Below, piece after piece: positions 18,980 through 28,377 of a DNA stretch of 64,000 nt. The position numbers were made by a program, and so were the translations under genes. Numbering within the stretch: the stretch's first letter is position 1; each line of letters opens with the position of its first letter. Source of the DNA: a virus (lineage: Duplodnaviria > Caudoviricetes); IMG/VR virus record IMGVR_UViG_3300032303_001959, positions 1 to 64,000 of that record. One strand, given 5' to 3'. The notes under the pieces are model-generated. The model saw nothing but the letters and a program-made list of their open reading frames with translations, searched no databases and was not told the DNA's origin.

Positions 18980-21900
18980 TAAATATTTCCTCCTACTTGC
19001 TCGACCAAAGTTTGACAGTGTACAAACATTTTTTGAATAGTTGCGTTGCCTGTCCACACGACACGAGCCTGAAAGTCATAGCCGTGAGAGAACATCCTAT
19101 TAGTCAGAGGGTCAGCCTGCTCCCGAGGGTTCATGAGCCGGATTTGAGGTGCAAATTGAGGTTTGAGGTTTGCAATAGTGGATAAGAATCCGGAAGAGTC
19201 TACCTGATCAGGTGTCGCTCCTGCCTGATTGAGCCCGTAGGGAGTTATAGTCACATTGTAAGAGGAATCCGGAAGAATGCTTGGGTACGAGATTTTAAGA
19301 TAAAGGTAACTGCCTTCTGAGCGATATAGGTTAAAGAATCTGGATGCTGTTCTATTGGTGGGGATAGGAACGTTTACTGTTCTAAAAGAACCATAAAAAG
19401 TCGAGTAGTCGGTTGAGCCAGACACAAGAGCAGAAACTTCCGACGGTTTCTTGGTGGACACAAGGTAAGATACCCCGATTGAAAACGGTGTAGCTCCGGT
19501 GCCTGGAGGCGTTGCGCCAATAGAGAAGTCGAGACGAATGCCTAAACCTCTAGTTGAACGGGTAGAGTACTTCGAAAGATCAATACTATAAGACTCAGTC
19601 GCAATCGAAGATGCTATACCTACTTTTTCAATCTTATCTCCAGTAAGAGGTGCAACAGAAACGGACGTCTCGGGCAGCATGTAAAAGTTGTCCCAGAAGA
19701 TCCAGCTGGGGTATTGATCGGGTTTGTAATACACCTCGACGTCCGTCTGGTCTCGAAGATTAGCAAACCAGAAATCGGAACGTATGATTTTTTTTAACTC
19801 AAACATTGACCGGAATGAATAAGCAGAAGTTTCAAGCTCCGCCCGAATAGGAACAGAGCCGGAAGAGCTTCCGGAAATAGCTAAAGAATATTGAGTGGAG
19901 TTTCCGGCGGGCATTGCAGTAGATGCAGCGGCTACTAAATACAAGAAACCTTTTGTTTGAACGGGACCAAGATCTATGTCGAAGGTAGCTTTTCCAGAGG
20001 CTAGGCTAGAAAGGGCTAGTTGCTTTGTTTTAACAAAAGGAGCTATTTCTGGGTTCGATAAGATAGTGTTTGCCGGCACGTTTAACTGACTTACCACATA
20101 AGAGAGAGATATACTTTGCGTGCCCATACCATTTGAATCCCAACCCGTGGCGGCAGATTCGTTTTCTGCGCTGAACAAAAGTTTTACATTTTGTGGCCCA
20201 AGAGATGAAATACTCGATAAATTAAAAACAGCGCTAGAAATTCCAGATAAAGACGAGCCTTCGTAGGTCCCGGAAAGAAAACCGACAGCAAACGTTAAGT
20301 CGTTACCGGCTATTGGGCGATCTTCGTGGGCTTTTGAATCAACTTCCCACACGCCGTTAAGATTACAGCTTAAACCCAAGATAAATGCTCTGTCTCTACG
20401 TCCAAAGTCTCCAGCAATGACTTGGAGCATATCTAACCCAGTCCATATGCCATCATAAGCCGCGGCCGTTTTACCAAGACTCCCCGTCATGGAGTTAAAG
20501 TCTAGGCTGATAAGGGCCTTATAAACTTTCTTGGACCGGCTGTTAATTGATTCGGGTTGATACTCTTGGGGAAGAGCGGTCATCAAAACACGACCGCGAT
20601 CGGTGTAAGCAAGACTTACGTCTTGCAAAAGATGAATTGGCTCCTGATTTAAAATGTAGTTCATCTCGGCGCTCATGGCCGTATTCCCATACGTCTCCAT
20701 CTCTGCAGTTGCATTTTTGTAGGTACGAAGTCCGTCGTTTGACCGGAAAAATAGATCGCCGTTTACCTGTGCAAATGCATCGGGTCCAACAGCTCCAATA
20801 TTCGTATAAAGCACAGTTTGAAAACTAGAAGTAGTGCCCCACTGATCTCTTGGAGTCATCACGTTAAAAGTCGCGGCTCCAAATTCGCAAAACACAAACA
20901 ACTGCCCCTGCCCGGCTACAGTATTTTGCGTAGGTACAAATTGCATTCCGGTAATTCTGCCCATGAAAGAGGGCATTAAAAGACTGCCACCTTCATTCAA
21001 ATAAGTATTCTCAGTGTTAAAAAGAACTGAAGCCCTTGGGTCAGTCAACGGATAAAACTTTTCGTCCAACGCTGTTTTGCCAGCACTCACATTGACGTGA
21101 GAGCCAACTAGATCGAGAGCTTTAATTTCAAAACGATTTGGATTGGCTATGAAAAGCCTCCCCTGCCCGTAAGCCATAATAGAACCGGTGGGTACCTCAG
21201 AGGGGTTGGCAAGTATCGCATATGCTTTAGCACCTGTTCCGGTGCCGCCAGAGAAAGTAATTGTCGGGGCAGAAGTATACCCAGTGCCAGCATTTGTAAT
21301 TGTAACGCTTTCAACTTGTCCGCTCGTTGCGTTAATTACGGCGGTAGCGGTGGCAGTGGTGCTTGTTCCACCAGGAGCAGTTATGGTTACAGTCGGAGCT
21401 GAAGTATACCCAGACCCTCTATTTGTAACCACAATACTAGTTACGGTTCCATTTCCTGTGCCAAAAGAAAGAGCAGGATTAACATCATATGCGCGGCGAA
21501 TATTTTCTCCGTCAAAGATAAAAGGCGCATGGACTCCGTCTTGAATGATCAAATATTTTTCTGCCTGACAAAAATAATGCCGATTAGTCTTGTGATTCTG
21601 ATCAGGCCAAGGTCGGCTTGTTTGTGTAGAGTCTCTTGAAAAGCGAAGACTTAAATCGGCGTTTGTAGATCCTTGTACTGAAGCTTTCGCATTTTTGCTA
21701 AATCCCTCGCCCCCTCCTCCAGCTGCAACACTCACATAGTTAAGAGCGCCTGCAACTGTTGTGGCGGAAGCAGAAAAACCTTTGCCTGTTTTTCCTAAAA
21801 GCAAACCTATGGGCAGTGGATCTTCAATTGTGACTTTTGAAGCGTCTGTCAACCCAACACCAGAGTTTACCTTACCTGCTCCAGCCACACGCAATGTGTA

Positions 21901-22584
21901 ATACGTCGTGTCCATAAACTTTGGAAGATTTGTATACCCAACTGAACTTGAAGATATGTCGTAAGTTCCGGTCAGACTGCCCACAGTAGAAGAAGAGTTA
22001 GCTGTGTACGTAAAAGTTTGAAGTGTTGGGGTTGAGGTGACTATTGCATCTGAAACAATCAAATGCGCTTTTGAAGCAGGAGCTGTAACTGAAACTCGAT
22101 CCCCTGGGTTTAACTGATGCGGTACAGGCGTTTCAACGGTGGCTACTGTTCCGGCGCATGTGATTTTAATCCCAGTCTTGGCAGACAATGTTGTTCCGTT
22201 TGTGCCATTTAATCGGATTATTTTCTTTGTTTGCGGATCAATTCTAAAAAGCCAACCGTCTGCAGCCGCAATAATATAGGTTTTTCCCTTTCCGGAATCA
22301 GCCAGGTCTGAAGCTTCGTCGCGATTCGCGGGCTGCGTGAACAACGTGGCGCCTTGAAAATAAGCTTCTTGAAAAGCAGTGAGCGCATCTGGATCTTCGG
22401 GGTCCGATTGTAGATCAAGCTGAACAAACCCAGGCCGGGTCTTTACAATTCCACCTCGGGCTGTGACGTTTACACCAAGTGCATAGCTTTTTTGACTGAT
22501 CATGTTTGGTTCCTTTGAGGAATCCATGCCACTTTCCAGCCCGTTAAACCCTGCTACCTGACGTCCTGCATCTTCTATGGCCAT
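18979..22584 (-). CDS. Tail nozzle / tail tubular protein B-like with inserted domains
   Basis: 1201 aa; N-terminal [11 protein letters not shown]...[17 protein letters not shown] matches podovirus nozzle/stabilisation proteins; position in tail module. Confidence 0.7.
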   Translation of the reverse strand: MAIEDAGRQVAGFNGLESGMDSSKEPNMISQKSYALGVNVTARGGIVKTRPGFVQLDLQSDPEDPDALTAFQEAYFQGATLFTQPANRDEASDLADSGKGKTYIIAAADGWLFRIDPQTKKIIRLNGTNGTTLSAKTGIKITCAGTVATVETPVPHQLNPGDRVSVTAPASKAHLIVSDAIVTSTPTLQTFTYTANSSSTVGSLTGTYDISSSSVGYTNLPKFMDTTYYTLRVAGAGKVNSGVGLTDASKVTIEDPLPIGLLLGKTGKGFSASATTVAGALNYVSVAAGGGGEGFSKNAKASVQGSTNADLSLRFSRDSTQTSRPWPDQNHKTNRHYFCQAEKYLIIQDGVHAPFIFDGENIRRAYDVNPALSFGTGNGTVTSIVVTNRGSGYTSAPTVTITAPGGTSTTATATAVINATSGQVESVTITNAGTGYTSAPTITFSGGTGTGAKAYAILANPSEVPTGSIMAYGQGRLFIANPNRFEIKALDLVGSHVNVSAGKTALDEKFYPLTDPRASVLFNTENTYLNEGGSLLMPSFMGRITGMQFVPTQNTVAGQGQLFVFCEFGAATFNVMTPRDQWGTTSSFQTVLYTNIGAVGPDAFAQVNGDLFFRSNDGLRTYKNATAEMETYGNTAMSAEMNYILNQEPIHLLQDVSLAYTDRGRVLMTALPQEYQPESINSRSKKVYKALISLDFNSMTGSLGKTAAAYDGIWTGLDMLQVIAGDFGRRDRAFILGLSCNLNGVWEVDSKAHEDRPIAGNDLTFAVGFLSGTYEGSSLSGISSAVFNLSSISSLGPQNVKLLFSAENESAATGWDSNGMGTQSISLSYVVSQLNVPANTILSNPEIAPFVKTKQLALSSLASGKATFDIDLGPVQTKGFLYLVAAASTAMPAGNSTQYSLAISGSSSGSVPIRAELETSAYSFRSMFELKKIIRSDFWFANLRDQTDVEVYYKPDQYPSWIFWDNFYMLPETSVSVAPLTGDKIEKVGIASSIATESYSIDLSKYSTRSTRGLGIRLDFSIGATPPGTGATPFSIGVSYLVSTKKPSEVSALVSGSTDYSTFYGSFRTVNVPIPTNRTASRFFNLYRSEGSYLYLKISYPSILPDSSYNVTITPYGLNQAGATPDQVDSSGFLSTIANLKPQFAPQIRLMNPREQADPLTNRMFSHGYDFQARVVWTGNATIQKMFVHCQTLVEQVGGNI

Positions 22585-22614
22585 ATGGTTATTTTCTCAG
22601 AAATGAAAGAGGTT

Positions 22615-23040
22615 TCAACCTTTGGACCTCAATACTTCCCAGTTATCACGCCAAGCTGAATTAGCGGCAAAGTAGATAGACTTTGTCTTGGGTAGCTTTG
22701 CCCGTGGGATTACAAACACGGCATCCTGCGGAATGTGGTAGAAGATAAAGATATCGCAGTCGGTTTTGTTGTAGATTGTCTTTACTTTATTGGTTTTAAG
22801 AAGAGCTCCGTATCCGTAACCAGGACCTTTTACGGCCAGAAATTTAAGCTTGTTGCGAGTCTTTGTGTCTGAGGCACCTGCCGTGGTCTTAACCTGAACT
22901 CTTTTGAGTTTTCCTCTCCAGTCGGTTATCAAATCGTACCCCTCGTCAATTACGGGTGTACAAACCAAAAACCCCTGCTCCAAGAGTTTTGCGGCCACTC
23001 TTTGCACTCCAATAGCCCCTATACGAAGGCTCATAGCCAA
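22615..23040 (-). CDS. PD-(D/E)xK endonuclease (group I intron-like PDDEXK family), free-standing
   Basis: IGAIGVQRVAAKLLEQGFLVCTP...YDLI...RVQVKT. Confidence 0.75.
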   Translation of the reverse strand: MAMSLRIGAIGVQRVAAKLLEQGFLVCTPVIDEGYDLITDWRGKLKRVQVKTTAGASDTKTRNKLKFLAVKGPGYGYGALLKTNKVKTIYNKTDCDIFIFYHIPQDAVFVIPRAKLPKTKSIYFAANSAWRDNWEVLRSKG

Positions 23041-23558
23041 GACCTCCCCAGAACATTAACCGCTAGCCTGCGACGCCTATAAACCCCATCTCCGTCGCGA
23101 GAACCACCCCCATTAGTGTTTCCCTCAATCGTTAAAAGCCACTCCCCGTCGTTTTTCTCTACAATACCGGTATGCGCTACCCGGCCCATGCTGTTAAACC
23201 AGATCCCAAAAACATCGGCAGGCTTAAGGGGTGTACCTTTTCGTGATCTGTCCCAAATAGGACGGTACAGCATTGTGGGTGACCAAGCCGTCCGGGGGTA
23301 TGGGTTAAGCGGGCGAGTAAAAGTCTTGTCCCCTATCCAAACAACAAAAGCTGCGCACCAAGGCGCTCGAGAACCTTTTAAGCCTACGGAGTCTAGGATC
23401 TCGTCCACCACGGGCCCGTCGTTCTGTCCCGTAGCTTCTGTAATCCCAATGGCTTTTCTGGCCGTTTCGACAACCCGATTCCTCGCATCCGCATTACCCA
23501 AAGAAAGATTGGGGTAGGCAAGCGCAAGAGTAATCGCAAAAACATATCTTATCGGCAT
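23031..23558 (-). CDS. CHAP-family endolysin with hydrophobic N-terminus
   Basis: PWCAAFV (Cys), HTGIVE (His), TIEGNT motifs. Confidence 0.85.
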   Translation of the reverse strand: MPIRYVFAITLALAYPNLSLGNADARNRVVETARKAIGITEATGQNDGPVVDEILDSVGLKGSRAPWCAAFVVWIGDKTFTRPLNPYPRTAWSPTMLYRPIWDRSRKGTPLKPADVFGIWFNSMGRVAHTGIVEKNDGEWLLTIEGNTNGGGSRDGDGVYRRRRLAVNVLGRSWL

Positions 23559-23890
23559 GACAGGATGGCTGCCAGTAACAGGACGGAAAACATGGCTGCA
23601 AAAACAAACAGCCTTGTCCGTGGTCCCGATTCCTTCCAGTCATCGCTGAGCGCACCTCGGTCGACGTATTGATCCAGTATCTTCCAATCCAACTGAAGCA
23701 CCGTCCAAGCCATGAACGTGCAAAATAGAAATCGAACTGCACCAAAAGCTAGGACGTGCAGAGAGCCGAGATCTACGGTCCCGGCCGTAGTGTCAAACCC
23801 TTGAAGGATCGGGCCTAAAAAGAAAAAGATGATAGTGGCTACAGCAATAGCCAAGAGCCCCTGGATGTTTGAGAAAAGCCAGCGTTTCAC
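23549..23890 (-). CDS. Holin-like multi-TM membrane protein
   Basis: Start re-called at GTG 23890 overlapping the upstream stop; three hydrophobic segments; next to the endolysin. Confidence 0.55.
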   Translation of the reverse strand: MKRWLFSNIQGLLAIAVATIIFFFLGPILQGFDTTAGTVDLGSLHVLAFGAVRFLFCTFMAWTVLQLDWKILDQYVDRGALSDDWKESGPRTRLFVFAAMFSVLLLAAILSCR

Positions 23891-24285
23891 CAGGGAATCC
23901 CAATGAACTTGCGAACCACCCAAAGAATCGGGCCTCGTGCGGCAAAAAGGATTGCGGCAATCAAGGCCCCTCTCCACATCCATAGCTCACCAAGAGCTTT
24001 ACGTTGTTTAGCTTTCCAGATCTCAGCGTCTTTAACAGCTTCGTTGCGTTCTTTGACTGCTTCCTCAAGAGCTTCGGTATTTACAAAACAAGCCTGCTTG
24101 GCTGACTCTAATTGCTTTTTAGCCTCTTCGATATGAACTTTAGCCTCGGGATTGGCAACAGCTGAGGCTGCATCCAGCCGGGCTTCGGTAGTCGCAAAAT
24201 TGGGCAAACGCTTGGGGGATACGGTAGAACAACCCGTAAAAAACAACGCAACCACTAGTAGGGTCGGCATATGTGATAGTATCAA
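23887..24285 (-). CDS. Lipoprotein with C-terminal TM segment, unimolecular spanin candidate
   Basis: LVVALFFTG-C lipobox, coiled-coil middle, hydrophobic C-terminus. Confidence 0.55.
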   Translation of the reverse strand: MILSHMPTLLVVALFFTGCSTVSPKRLPNFATTEARLDAASAVANPEAKVHIEEAKKQLESAKQACFVNTEALEEAVKERNEAVKDAEIWKAKQRKALGELWMWRGALIAAILFAARGPILWVVRKFIGIPW

Positions 24286-24309
24286 TTACTTCCTTGCTTT
24301 TGTCAATAA

Positions 24310-24516
24310 TTAACGGCCGTTAACCTTATCCCAAAACCATTGTCCAAAAATTGTAAGCCCCAGGGTAATTGTTGCTACAATCCCGTATCCCCTGTTTATG
24401 TGCCCTTCTACCTTGTGAAGACGACCGTCGTGGCCGGTAAGCAGATCAAGCGTAGAATCAACTTTAGTCTCGATTCGAGCCAAACGTTCCCTGATCTCGG
24501 ATTGATCTTCGCTCAT
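24310..24516 (-). CDS. Coiled-coil plus single-TM protein (holin/XhlA-like)
   Basis: ERLARIETKVD...RLHKVE...GIVATITLGLTIFG; start re-called at 24516. Confidence 0.55.
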   Translation of the reverse strand: MSEDQSEIRERLARIETKVDSTLDLLTGHDGRLHKVEGHINRGYGIVATITLGLTIFGQWFWDKVNGR

Positions 24517-24797
24517 TTGAGCTTCGCAATAACTGGCCGTAGCCGGTCGCAAATTGCGTCTCCGTTTAGCCCGAGCAAATGCCAGAGCTCATTCTTCTTA
24601 TTGAAGAACCAAGCAAAATGTTGCTTGGTCATCAAATCCTCTGGGTACGCAGATTGGGTGCCGTATTTCTGAGCGTATTTCAAATCCCAAACAGCCTGTT
24701 CAACAATTGCCAGGCCGAGGTCTTTGATTAAATGCTCAGGACATCCCGGTCTCGATTGAGTCGACGAAGTTGCCTTGTTTGGCTTGCGGGGTTTCAT
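24513..24797 (-). CDS. Conserved hypothetical phage protein
   Basis: LAIVEQAVWDL...WFF resembles a common phage family; start uncertain. Confidence 0.45.
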   Translation of the reverse strand: MKPRKPNKATSSTQSRPGCPEHLIKDLGLAIVEQAVWDLKYAQKYGTQSAYPEDLMTKQHFAWFFNKKNELWHLLGLNGDAICDRLRPVIAKLK

Positions 24798-24975
24798 TCG
24801 AGGCCATTTTGTCCTTGGGCTCAGCTTCTTCATCACCGACGGGGTGGCCCTCGACGGAAACAAGGCAAAACATATCGCCTTTGATGTAGCCTTCTGCCAT
24901 GAACTCAAACGTCTCACCTTCTTTAACTCCGTCTGGGAGTTTAAAACCTTGCGGAATTGGAAATGTTTCTTTCAT
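24736..24975 (-). CDS. Small acidic hypothetical protein
   Basis: 79-aa ORF just downstream of the capsid-gene terminator. Confidence 0.55.
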   Translation of the reverse strand: MKETFPIPQGFKLPDGVKEGETFEFMAEGYIKGDMFCLVSVEGHPVGDEEAEPKDKMASNETPQAKQGNFVDSIETGMS

Positions 24976-25016
24976 AACTAAATTTATAAGTTTCTTTCGT
25001 TTTTTAAAATATGACT

Positions 25017-25044
25017 GCCCCAGGGGGATAAAAACCCCTGGGGC
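25017..25044 (-). terminator. Hairpin terminator downstream of the major capsid gene
   Basis: GCCCCAGGGG-8 nt-CCCCTGGGGC, followed on the minus strand by a T/A-rich run. Confidence 0.7.
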
Positions 25045-25059
25045 AATCGTTCAAGTCAA

Positions 25060-26571
25060 TTAAGCAACCCAGAGCAGGTCAGCCTCGCCACGTTTGTGAC
25101 GAATGACATAACCCCACTCAGGGCGAACCGGCTTAGAACCGTTCGCGAACGTCGCGCGGAAAAACCCGTTTGCGCCGTCCGGATTGGTTTCACGATCGGG
25201 GATGTTCTTCCATCTGAAGTCACCGCGATAGCCTTGAGCATCAAAGCCCATTTCACCCATCGAGCCCAGGGGCTTCGGAACAACGGAGTGATACACTTCG
25301 TTGATGAGGATGATGGAATCTTCGTAAGCAGCCGAGAGGTAGCTTGCGTTGATGTCGTATTTGTTGCCTTTGGTGGCCGAGGTGCGAACGAACGGGAACA
25401 CGCGCTTCCATGCGAAGAGCTTGTCCGTAGCAGACGGGCTAGTAACAGCCGCGCTGATCGTTACCGAAGTAGCCGTCAGGGCTGAGACCACGCTAGTGGT
25501 GGATTTAACCGTCGTGCCGTCGTTAGCCGTGACAACCAACACATCGCCAACTTCCACACCGGTGGAATCAGCAACCGTGTAAACTCCGGACGAATGCGCA
25601 GTGGCCGTGAGGGCAATACGATTGTACCGGGGAGGATACGGATCAATGATGTGGTAGAAGCCGCCGAAGGACCGTTCCACGCCAAGAGGAGTGAGAAGCT
25701 CATTCGGTTTGGAGGAGAAGCGGTAGTCGCTACGGATATCGCTGTTGAGCTTGATAATGTCATCGCTGGTTTCAGCGCTGGTGATCAAGTTGAACACAGG
25801 GGCTCCGTTTTCCTTGCCTTGAGCGGCCGTACCGGCGCCGTCACGCAGCAACCGCATATAAACCCGACGCAGGATTCCCTGAGTCAGTTTGCTGGTCGCA
25901 TCAACCAAGGGGCTGAAGGAAGAAGTATCGCTCGACACGGTTGCGTAATTCAACGCGGCGTTTGAAGCGCTCGAACCAGTCGGAGTGATCTTGTTCTGTG
26001 CCAACCGGACGTATTCGTCCTGGTAGCGGGTCGTCCAGACCAAAGCGGTTTGCTCGGTCAGGATGTTCATGATCTGAGTCAGCTGCTCTTTCCGGCGCAC
26101 GGGGTAGCGCAAATCTTCGAGCGAGATGTTCGGAGATTCGAGCGCAACACGACGGAGGTCGTAAGTGCGGAGGGTTTGAGCAAACTCAACGTTAGCAAAC
26201 TTAGGAAGCTTGCCGTTGTTGGCGTTATCTGTCGAAGCAGTCAACGCACTAGCTGCACCTGAGGTAGCTTGAGTATATGCATTGAAGCTGGTGTAGGTCT
26301 GATCGGTAGGGTTTGACCCGAGGATCGAGGAAGTGCCCGTCCAGACAGACTGAAGATCGAAATCGTTCTGCCGTCCGTTACGGGCCGCCTGGGGGATAGA
26401 ACGCTCGTAGGTCAGCACGCTGACCCGATCGCCCATCTCGTCGGGGAAAGTATCTTGTTTAATTAATTTGAGCCAAACATTGTTATCGACCGTTTTGCGG
26501 TAGATCTCGGGCCCAATACGTCCAGCTTCCTTAACAAGGAGCTGCTGAATGTTATCGTATACAGTAGCCAT
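25060..26571 (-). CDS. Major capsid protein
   Basis: 503 aa after the scaffold, with biased codon use, an AGGA-type RBS, its own promoter and a terminator. Confidence 0.8.
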   Translation of the reverse strand: MATVYDNIQQLLVKEAGRIGPEIYRKTVDNNVWLKLIKQDTFPDEMGDRVSVLTYERSIPQAARNGRQNDFDLQSVWTGTSSILGSNPTDQTYTSFNAYTQATSGAASALTASTDNANNGKLPKFANVEFAQTLRTYDLRRVALESPNISLEDLRYPVRRKEQLTQIMNILTEQTALVWTTRYQDEYVRLAQNKITPTGSSASNAALNYATVSSDTSSFSPLVDATSKLTQGILRRVYMRLLRDGAGTAAQGKENGAPVFNLITSAETSDDIIKLNSDIRSDYRFSSKPNELLTPLGVERSFGGFYHIIDPYPPRYNRIALTATAHSSGVYTVADSTGVEVGDVLVVTANDGTTVKSTTSVVSALTATSVTISAAVTSPSATDKLFAWKRVFPFVRTSATKGNKYDINASYLSAAYEDSIILINEVYHSVVPKPLGSMGEMGFDAQGYRGDFRWKNIPDRETNPDGANGFFRATFANGSKPVRPEWGYVIRHKRGEADLLWVA

Positions 26572-26808
26572 ATTAGTGTTCTCCTTTCAGAGAGAAAAAG
26601 TAAGAGTTTAAAAACAAGAGGAGAAACCAACACGGTTTCCCGTAGTTTTCAAAATTGGATCTCCCGGCGGCATCCCGAGACTTTTATTGCCCGCGTGACC
26701 ACTTCCATTTTTATAGGTCGTGCCCTCAAAACCCGCTTCCGTTTTTATAGGATCTCTAAGGCAGATGAGAGTATGCGTTACTGCCTGCGGTCTGTCAATA
26801 CCTAATAC

Positions 26809-28041
26809 TTATTTCAGCCCTTTTTCAAGCGCATCAAGAAAGCCAACATCGGAAGATATATCGGGTGAACCAGTCTTAGCATCTCCACCACCAGCTCCAG
26901 GAGTGGCAGTACGGTATTCACCCAAAGCTTTCTTCAGTCCGGCAATTTCTCCCTGGCTCTTTTTTACGTAACCCTGGAACAACTGAACCATGAGGGGCAT
27001 TGCTACCGCTTGATAAGTCAAAGCAGCTCGAGTTTCAGTATCCAAATCAGACTGCTCAACAAGCATTGCTTGTTCACGAAGGCCATCAACGCGGGAGTCC
27101 CATTCTGGATTACCCGTCTTTTTTAGAATAGGCACTTCCTGAGTGAAGCGGTTCCAAATCTCGTTGTAAGCCGTGGTGGTTTCTTCCTGAGCTTTCTTTT
27201 GAGCAATTTCCTGCTGACGGGTCTGCTCGGCTTGTTGAGCGAGCTCACGCCTACTAATCTCCTGCATTGCCTTGTCGGCGTTAGTGAGAATAACATCGCG
27301 TTTGTTATAGAGTGCGTTAAGTTCATCTACCCGACGACGGACGTCAACGGCATCAATTGGGTCAAGATTGGTGAGCATTTCTTTAACTGCTGCCCTGCGT
27401 TGAACGGGGTCAGTAATTGCTGCGGCCCGAACAACGGCATCCGCATCCATTTCGTACATCTTGGCCATTTCTTGAATGGTGTTAGTAGCTTCACGAATAG
27501 GAGCATCAATCGCAACCTTGTACTGCTTGGTGGCTTGTACGCGGGCTACGGAAAGTTCGCTCTCGTACTCATCTCGTTCGGCTTTGAGGGTCTCAAGTTC
27601 TTTGCGAAGAATATCGAGTTGAGGAGAAGTCTCCTCCCCAGAGTCCTCAACCTTAGTTGTCTCTTTGTTAATCTTGGACTCTAATGCGGCCAACTTGGCT
27701 TTGGTGTCACGGAGTTCAGTTGTAACCTTCGCAAAAGCCGTTTGAGCGGATTTGGTAGCCTCTTTTGGCAACTCAGGAGCGGCTTCTTCCTTTGCGGCTT
27801 CAGGTTCTTTCCCAATCGCCTCTAGCACATCGTCCGGAATATCCAGTTTGTTCTCCAAAACCTTGGCAGGCGTTGCTTCTACCTTCGCCTCTGTTTTTGC
27901 AGGTTCAGCTTTAACAGCTTCAGGAGCCGTGACAGCTGTATTATCAGCAGGTTTAGGAGTTTCTGTTGCGGGCGTAGAAGGAGTATCTAGCGCCACGTTC
28001 AGTGCGTCCAACAAGCCAAGTTCAGGAGCGGGTGTGCTCAT
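26809..28041 (-). CDS. Capsid scaffolding protein
   Basis: Pro/Ala/Glu-rich N-terminus and long coiled coils; between portal and capsid. Confidence 0.75.
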   Translation of the reverse strand: MSTPAPELGLLDALNVALDTPSTPATETPKPADNTAVTAPEAVKAEPAKTEAKVEATPAKVLENKLDIPDDVLEAIGKEPEAAKEEAAPELPKEATKSAQTAFAKVTTELRDTKAKLAALESKINKETTKVEDSGEETSPQLDILRKELETLKAERDEYESELSVARVQATKQYKVAIDAPIREATNTIQEMAKMYEMDADAVVRAAAITDPVQRRAAVKEMLTNLDPIDAVDVRRRVDELNALYNKRDVILTNADKAMQEISRRELAQQAEQTRQQEIAQKKAQEETTTAYNEIWNRFTQEVPILKKTGNPEWDSRVDGLREQAMLVEQSDLDTETRAALTYQAVAMPLMVQLFQGYVKKSQGEIAGLKKALGEYRTATPGAGGGDAKTGSPDISSDVGFLDALEKGLK

Positions 28042-28331
28042 TCGTTATTTTTTCCTTTGTTTTCAGTCCAGGGTTCCGGCAACACTGCCGGCTGCTCCGC
28101 CAAATTGGTCAAAGCCCCAAAGTTTCTGAGACAGTCATAAAAACCTTCGCGTCGTGCGTTTTGAAGTGCGCCGTACAAGGCAATGTCCGCACCTTCAGGA
28201 AGTGCGGTAGCTCTGGGCAAAGCAAAATCCACAAGTACTTCAAAAGCTTTAGCTAAAGCTGGCTGTTGAAGTAACTGTTTAAGTTCCAGTTGAAGGTCTT
28301 CCCTTTTACGCCATTCGTCGATAGTCATCAT
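28038..28331 (-). CDS. Small head-assembly protein
   Basis: 97 aa between portal and scaffold; NARREG motif typical of this position. Confidence 0.5.
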   Translation of the reverse strand: MMTIDEWRKREDLQLELKQLLQQPALAKAFEVLVDFALPRATALPEGADIALYGALQNARREGFYDCLRNFGALTNLAEQPAVLPEPWTENKGKNNE

Positions 28332-28377
28332 ATATACGTTATTGACAGACTTATGCCATTATGGCAAGCACAAAATA

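Noticed and set aside
25060-25100. T7-style frameshift extension of the capsid protein
   Set aside because: No slippery sequence before the stop, and a terminator hairpin follows immediately.
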